Part shown: piece by piece, positions 25,955-30,566 of the stretch | Layout of the letters: every line of letters begins with the position of its first letter | Numbering within the stretch: position 1 is the stretch's first letter | Assembly: GCA_964389655.1 (NCBI GenBank) | Contig: CAYMED010000020.1 | Location: forward strand, 1 to 30,566 | Origin: an uncultured Candidatus Poseidoniales archaeon | GTDB lineage: Archaea > Thermoplasmatota > Poseidoniia > Poseidoniales > CAYMED01 | Direction of reading: 5' to 3' | Length of the DNA stretch: 30,566 nt | Notes under the pieces: generated by a model | What the model was told of the DNA's origin: nothing | Database searches by the model: none | Seen by the model: only the letters and a program-made list of their open reading frames with translations | Translations under genes and position numbers: made by a program

Positions 25955-26421
25955 GTTACTTAGTGGTCCGAGTAAGATCGGACATCAAGGTCCGTCAAGA
26001 TATCAAAGATACGATGCAAATGTTGAACCTTAGCCGTGTCAATCATGCTACAATAATTCAGGAAACGCCTCAGAATGAGGGGATGTTACACAAAGCCAAG
26101 GATTACATCACATGGGGGAAAATCGACGTTAAGACTCTTGAGTCTTTGCTGCGGAACCGAGGACGTTTAGCTGGTGATCATCCGCTTACAGATGCGGCAG
26201 TATCTGCGGGCAGCCAGCATGAAAATATAGAGGGGTTTGCAGCCGCTTTAGCCAGTAATGATGCGAAAATACGCGATGTTACTGGGCTAAAACCGATCTT
26301 CCGTCTTCATCCGCCTCGTGGAACCAAAGGTTGGGGAGGCATCAAGCGGTCTTTTGCAGTAGGTGGTGCTTTAGGAAACCGTGGAGACGCAATGGGCGAT
26401 TTGGTTACTCGCATGATTTGA
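25951..26421 (+). CDS. rpl30: 50S ribosomal protein L30 (uL30, archaeal long form)
   Basis: VVRVR, KDYITWG, FRLHPPRG..GWGGIKR, GGALGNRG; TTG start. Confidence 0.97.
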   Translation: MSYLVVRVRSDIKVRQDIKDTMQMLNLSRVNHATIIQETPQNEGMLHKAKDYITWGKIDVKTLESLLRNRGRLAGDHPLTDAAVSAGSQHENIEGFAAALASNDAKIRDVTGLKPIFRLHPPRGTKGWGGIKRSFAVGGALGNRGDAMGDLVTRMI

Positions 26422-26427
26422 GGTGGT

Positions 26428-26838
26428 ATGTTGGTATCTAGAACGAGCAAGTTCCGTGGACGAAATCGCACACATGGCCGTGGTAGGAAAGCGGGCAGGG
26501 GTGCAGGAAAGCGCGGCGGCCGTGGTCTTGCTGGAATAAACAAGCACCGAGTGATGACCCGAATCATTCACATGCCAGATCACTGGGGCCGGCATGGCTT
26601 CAACCGCAATCCTGGCTTGCGTACAGTTCACACCACCATGAATGTCTCAGAAGTTTGTGAACTTGCGGGCTCAGAAGGAAGTTTTGATTTGCAGAGTGTC
26701 GGCGCAACGAGACTATTGGGATCGGGGCGCATCGATAAAGCAATTGTGATCCGCACATCGTCAGCTTCAGCTCGTGCGATTGCAAAGGTGGAGGCTGCTG
26801 GCGGTTCAGTAGAACTCATCGGCAAAGATGAGGAGTGA
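26428..26838 (+). CDS. rpl15: 50S ribosomal protein L15 (uL15)
   Basis: KFRGRNRTHGRG, RGAGKRGGRGLAG, LLGSG, AIAKVEAAGG. Confidence 0.97.
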   Translation: MLVSRTSKFRGRNRTHGRGRKAGRGAGKRGGRGLAGINKHRVMTRIIHMPDHWGRHGFNRNPGLRTVHTTMNVSEVCELAGSEGSFDLQSVGATRLLGSGRIDKAIVIRTSSASARAIAKVEAAGGSVELIGKDEE

Positions 26839-26893
26839 GGCAAGGATCAAACGCATCCGGAAGTGCGTTACTGAATGAAAGGGGAATGGCGCA

Positions 26894-28831
26894 ATGGCGA
26901 CAAACAGGCAACCAGTAGCATGGGGGATTGCTACAATCGCTTTGATTTATTGGGGCCTTCTTGTCTATTGGCAGCGCAGTGTTTTATTTGATGATCTCCC
27001 CGTTGCAGATGCATGGCAGCGCAATCGCGCAATGCTGGGGCTGGGGGCCAGTGTTCTCTACGTTGCATATGTGATGTGGGGCTTGATGGCACCCCTCCCA
27101 AGTTTTTTGCAGAATATCAAGTTCTTTAACCGCTATGGTAAATTCTCAGGGTGGTTGTTGATTGCAGCAGGTGCTACTTGGTGGGGCCTTAAGGATCCTG
27201 AGTTCGTTGGATTCCTATTTGTTGGCGTCATTCTTATGGGCTTAACAACTGGCCTTGCATTGACTTGTCTGTTCTATCGTGGAGACGAATCTAGCAGACT
27301 CTATGCACTTATTCGGATGATTGATATTTATCCCTCTATCAAAAAACCAGAAGGACATGTACGCTTTAATCAGAAATTATGGACTACAACACTTGTCCTC
27401 ATCATCTACTTCGGAATGACGAATGTAGTGGTTTGGGGTCTTTCCTCAACTGCAATCGATATTTTCTCTAGTTTCCGAGCAATTATGGCAGGGGCTAGCG
27501 GTTCAATCATGCATTTGGGGATTGGGCCTATTGTTACTGGCAGCATCATCATGCAATTGTTTGCGGGGGCAAAAATTATTCAACTTGACTTGCAAGATTC
27601 TGATGACAAGAAAGTGTATCAGGGCGTCCAAAAAATCCTAGTTCTTCTTATGATTCCCATTGAGTCGATTCCTCAGGTGTATGGTTTCTTAGAGGCTGAT
27701 CTTGAACTAGTCGCTAGAATCGGCTCAGGATGGGCAAATACATTGATTGTTGCCCAACTTTTTGCTGGGTCTTACCTCGTCTTTTTACTTGATGAATTGG
27801 TTTCAAAGTGGGGTATCGGTTCGGGAATCTCTCTCTTCATCGCAGCGGGAGTTGCTCAGAGCACGTTTGTTGGAACTCTATCACCTCTCAAACTCATGCC
27901 TGGTACTGCATATTCTCTGCAAAACCCTCCAGCAGGGACTCTCCCCATGATCTTCTTCCTTCTGCGCTCGTCTAGCCACGCTGACCTTGTTTCCCAGAAT
28001 GGGTTTGAAGTGATGCTATTGACACATGCAAATCCATTGATTGCGCTTGCTTCATCAATTCTCGTGTTCCTAATTGTTGCTTATGCGGAATCCAGCAAGC
28101 TGGAACTTCCTCTTACTCATGGAAAAGTACGTGGACATCGGGGGAAATACCCCATCCGTCTTGTCTATGCAAGTAATATTCCAGTGATTTTGATGGCGGC
28201 TCTGCTTGCGAATGTCAACATGTTCACGCTATTGTTTTGGAGCCATGAGGTACTTTCGACTTTCCCAGTCCTTGGAAGCAATGGTGCCTTTAGTTTGGCT
28301 CATTATATTGGATATTATGAGACGGGTGCTACAACACCATCTGATGGTATTGCATGGTACATTTCGATGGTAAGCGGGGTGAATTCTTGGCTGATGCCAA
28401 TTCTTAATGGTACGGATGATGGGTTGGGGCACAATACGTGGCAAATCTTGCTTCATATTTTCCTCTATGTGGCTGTGATGACGCTGGGTTCGATGGTTTT
28501 CGCGAAATTTTGGATTGAGACGACGAATATGGGCTCAAAGGATGTCGCTAAACAAATTGAGCGAACAGGGATGCAGATACCCGGATTTAGGAAAAATCCG
28601 CAGGTCCTTGAACGAATTTTAGAGCGATATATTCCTCCCGTAACTATGTTTTCTGGTGCTTTTGTTGGCCTATTGGCTGCGGGTGCAGATCTATTGGGTA
28701 CGGTTGGAAATGCGACGGGAACAGGCTTGCTTTTGGCAGTTGGGATTATCCTTCGAACATATGAGCAGATTCAGAAAGAGCAGGCAATGGAGATGCACCC
28801 TGTCCTGAGACAATTCTTTGGTGCAGAATGA
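26894..28831 (+). CDS. secY: Protein translocase subunit SecY with ~130-aa hydrophobic N-terminal extension
   Basis: LGIGPIVTGSIIMQL, DELVSKWGIGSGISLFIAAGVA, YPIRLVYASNIPVIL, MQIPGFR, GTGLLLAVGI; position after rpl15. Confidence 0.97.
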   Translation: MATNRQPVAWGIATIALIYWGLLVYWQRSVLFDDLPVADAWQRNRAMLGLGASVLYVAYVMWGLMAPLPSFLQNIKFFNRYGKFSGWLLIAAGATWWGLKDPEFVGFLFVGVILMGLTTGLALTCLFYRGDESSRLYALIRMIDIYPSIKKPEGHVRFNQKLWTTTLVLIIYFGMTNVVVWGLSSTAIDIFSSFRAIMAGASGSIMHLGIGPIVTGSIIMQLFAGAKIIQLDLQDSDDKKVYQGVQKILVLLMIPIESIPQVYGFLEADLELVARIGSGWANTLIVAQLFAGSYLVFLLDELVSKWGIGSGISLFIAAGVAQSTFVGTLSPLKLMPGTAYSLQNPPAGTLPMIFFLLRSSSHADLVSQNGFEVMLLTHANPLIALASSILVFLIVAYAESSKLELPLTHGKVRGHRGKYPIRLVYASNIPVILMAALLANVNMFTLLFWSHEVLSTFPVLGSNGAFSLAHYIGYYETGATTPSDGIAWYISMVSGVNSWLMPILNGTDDGLGHNTWQILLHIFLYVAVMTLGSMVFAKFWIETTNMGSKDVAKQIERTGMQIPGFRKNPQVLERILERYIPPVTMFSGAFVGLLAAGADLLGTVGNATGTGLLLAVGIILRTYEQIQKEQAMEMHPVLRQFFGAE

Positions 28832-28837
28832 GAGCAA

Positions 28838-30136
28838 TTAGGGCTCTGAACTTGTTGCACATTCTTTGCTATTCGTGTGGTATCGCTCCAATACATTACC
28901 CTCATCAAATAGTTGCATGGGGTCGTGGGTCCCTGAATAAATTTCATCATACCCGTCCCCATCAAGGTCAATTGCAAGAACAGAAACCATCATCCTGTTC
29001 GTGTTCTCGACTTCATGATGCACATATTCAGTATCTGAGATGCGCTCAAACCATGCCATTCCGTTTTGCCTTCCGCCAGCTGATGGATTCGGATCCATCA
29101 TTGATACGAGGACAAAGTCGAGATCGCAATCTCCATCGACATCGATGGCAGTCGCATCATAGGATCCCGCATGTTGTCCAATGACATGGCGTGTGAACGC
29201 GCCTGTGCCATCATTCTCAAACCAAGAGAGTCCATGATGCTCAGAGGGAATCATATCAGATGGTGTATCTCCATCCCACATGTCACCATTCGTCATGATT
29301 ACATCAGGGTCACCATCTAGGTCTACGTCTCGAGTTTGTATCCCCGATAAGCCGAACCAAGGCTCTTCTGCATTATGGATGATTTCTTTTGAGAATGTCG
29401 CATTTCCATCATTTCTCCACAGTTGTACTTCTTCAGAGCGCTGTGCAAGTGCAACAGTGAGGTCTAGGTCCCCATCTGCGTCTATATCGATAGGGTGTGC
29501 ATGGATGGCCCCTGGTCTTCCATCTAGTCGGTGGCGGGTGAATTGAAGGGGTGATGTCTGTTCCATCCAAAGGAGCTCTCCCACTTTCTCGTGCCCAAAA
29601 ATACACACGGCTAGATCTAGATCTCCATCCCCATCTAGGTCACCGGCTTCAGCACAAGTGACGCGCCCCACACCTTCGAGCACCACGGTTGCATTCCATT
29701 CGCTCCCATTCTTCTGAAGGATTACGACTCGCCCTACTAGGTCGTCGGATGGGTGAAGCATTCCGATATCGGCAACGATTAGGTCCCTAGATCCATCTCC
29801 GTTGATGTCGCTCACATGCGTGCGAACGGGCTGAACCACGCCCGTTGTGATCGTTTCCGTTAGACAAGTGGGATTGCAATTCCAAATTCGATTGATGCGT
29901 CCCTCAATGGGCTCTGTTACCCACAATTCATCCTCACCATTGCCATCAAGATCTCCCCCCCTGATATTCGCTGTAACTGGATGATTTATTCCTCCTATGA
30001 TGACTTCTTCAATACTCAGGTAGGCCAAACTCTGAATTTGACCTTCCTCCTCCTGATTACTACCCAAGCATCCTGAAAATGCGAAACATATGGTGAGAAT
30101 GGCGATGAAAAAACCCCTCGGCCTTTGCATTTCCAT
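28838..30136 (-). CDS. FG-GAP/VCBS-repeat (beta-propeller) putative lipoprotein
   Basis: Lipobox-like FAFSGCLG. Seven DxDGDGxxD-type loops: DLDGNGEDE, DINGDGSRD, DLDGDGDLD, DIDADGDLD, DVDLDGDPD, DVDGDCDLD, DLDGDGYDE. Confidence 0.88.
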   Translation of the reverse strand: MEMQRPRGFFIAILTICFAFSGCLGSNQEEEGQIQSLAYLSIEEVIIGGINHPVTANIRGGDLDGNGEDELWVTEPIEGRINRIWNCNPTCLTETITTGVVQPVRTHVSDINGDGSRDLIVADIGMLHPSDDLVGRVVILQKNGSEWNATVVLEGVGRVTCAEAGDLDGDGDLDLAVCIFGHEKVGELLWMEQTSPLQFTRHRLDGRPGAIHAHPIDIDADGDLDLTVALAQRSEEVQLWRNDGNATFSKEIIHNAEEPWFGLSGIQTRDVDLDGDPDVIMTNGDMWDGDTPSDMIPSEHHGLSWFENDGTGAFTRHVIGQHAGSYDATAIDVDGDCDLDFVLVSMMDPNPSAGGRQNGMAWFERISDTEYVHHEVENTNRMMVSVLAIDLDGDGYDEIYSGTHDPMQLFDEGNVLERYHTNSKECATSSEP

Positions 30137-30235
30137 TGAAATCTAGCGGGAAAGATGTGGGTCCCTTCTTCAGCATGTATGATCCAGCAGTCATGTAGGT
30201 GCCAGTTCAACTGGTGTGATGCCTTCGCAGGCACG

Positions 30236-30513
30236 TTCATATAGAGCATTCAAGTCGGTGGCTCGCCCCGTATGCAGGCGTTAGGAAGCGAGCCTTATGG
30301 CCGTGACCTTCCTTTTCGTGCGGACGGGTGCCGAGGATGTGCGGTCCCGAGAACCCGGCCTTTGTGCCGCTCGCTCGGGGCTTAGAGGTGATCCACGATA
30401 CAAGGAGCATGTAGTAACACGCTCCTTCGTCAAATAGAGCGTATTTAGACAAGTTTCAGTAACAAGCAACCGTTTCCGAATTAAGGATCGAACGAAGACC
30501 CCACGTTAGGGGA
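30236..30513 (+). promoter_or_regulatory. Putative 16S rRNA promoter and 5' external transcribed leader
   Basis: TATA-like TTCATATA at 30236-30243, followed by GC-rich hairpin-forming non-coding sequence up to the 16S 5' end. Confidence 0.55.
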
Positions 30514-30566
30514 AATCCGGTTGATCCTGCCGGAGGCGACCGCTATTGGAGTTCGATTAAGCCATG
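30514..30566 (+). rRNA. rrs: 16S rRNA, 5' end (partial, truncated by window edge)
   Basis: AATCCGGTTGATCCTGCCGGAGG...CGATTAAGCCATG is the conserved archaeal 16S 5' terminus. Confidence 0.97.

Noticed and set aside
28828-29546. Plus-strand ORFs after secY (118 aa and 88 aa) as operon continuation
   Set aside because: Antisense to the FG-GAP gene with no resemblance to Adk or DUF106. Other short nested ORFs in the track were rejected likewise as shadows.
30195-30240. tRNA (GTTCAA in a short stem resembles a T-arm)
   Set aside because: The loop is too short, and no acceptor, D or anticodon arms can be built.
30260-30500. SRP RNA or RNase P RNA
   Set aside because: The hallmark SRP helix 8 and RNase P conserved-region motifs were not found on either strand. 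A pre-16S leader is the simpler explanation.

Overview
Archaeal chromosomal window. The gene content and protein style suggest Thermoplasmatota, most likely Marine Group II (Ca. Poseidoniales); this placement is inferred, not tested. Left part: a truncated minus-strand EF-hand/Pro-repeat gene, a class I aminotransferase, two membrane proteins of unknown function, a 1128-aa Ig-repeat surface protein and a thermosome subunit. Next is an unusual two-gene redox module: a ferredoxin-flavodoxin-'Cys-less SdhB' fusion followed by a half-degenerate CCG-domain (HdrB/SdhE-like) protein. The Hef helicase-nuclease follows. Right part: the archaeal S10/spc-type ribosomal protein cluster from rpl3 to rpl15, with SUI1 and RNase P p29. 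It includes a SAP-domain-fused L32e and ends in a SecY with about four extra N-terminal transmembrane helices. An FG-GAP/VCBS lipoprotein, a structured rRNA leader and the first ~53 nt of 16S rRNA close the window. The best candidate for an undescribed system is the 8667-11520 redox module. All calls come from reading motifs by eye; no searches were run.
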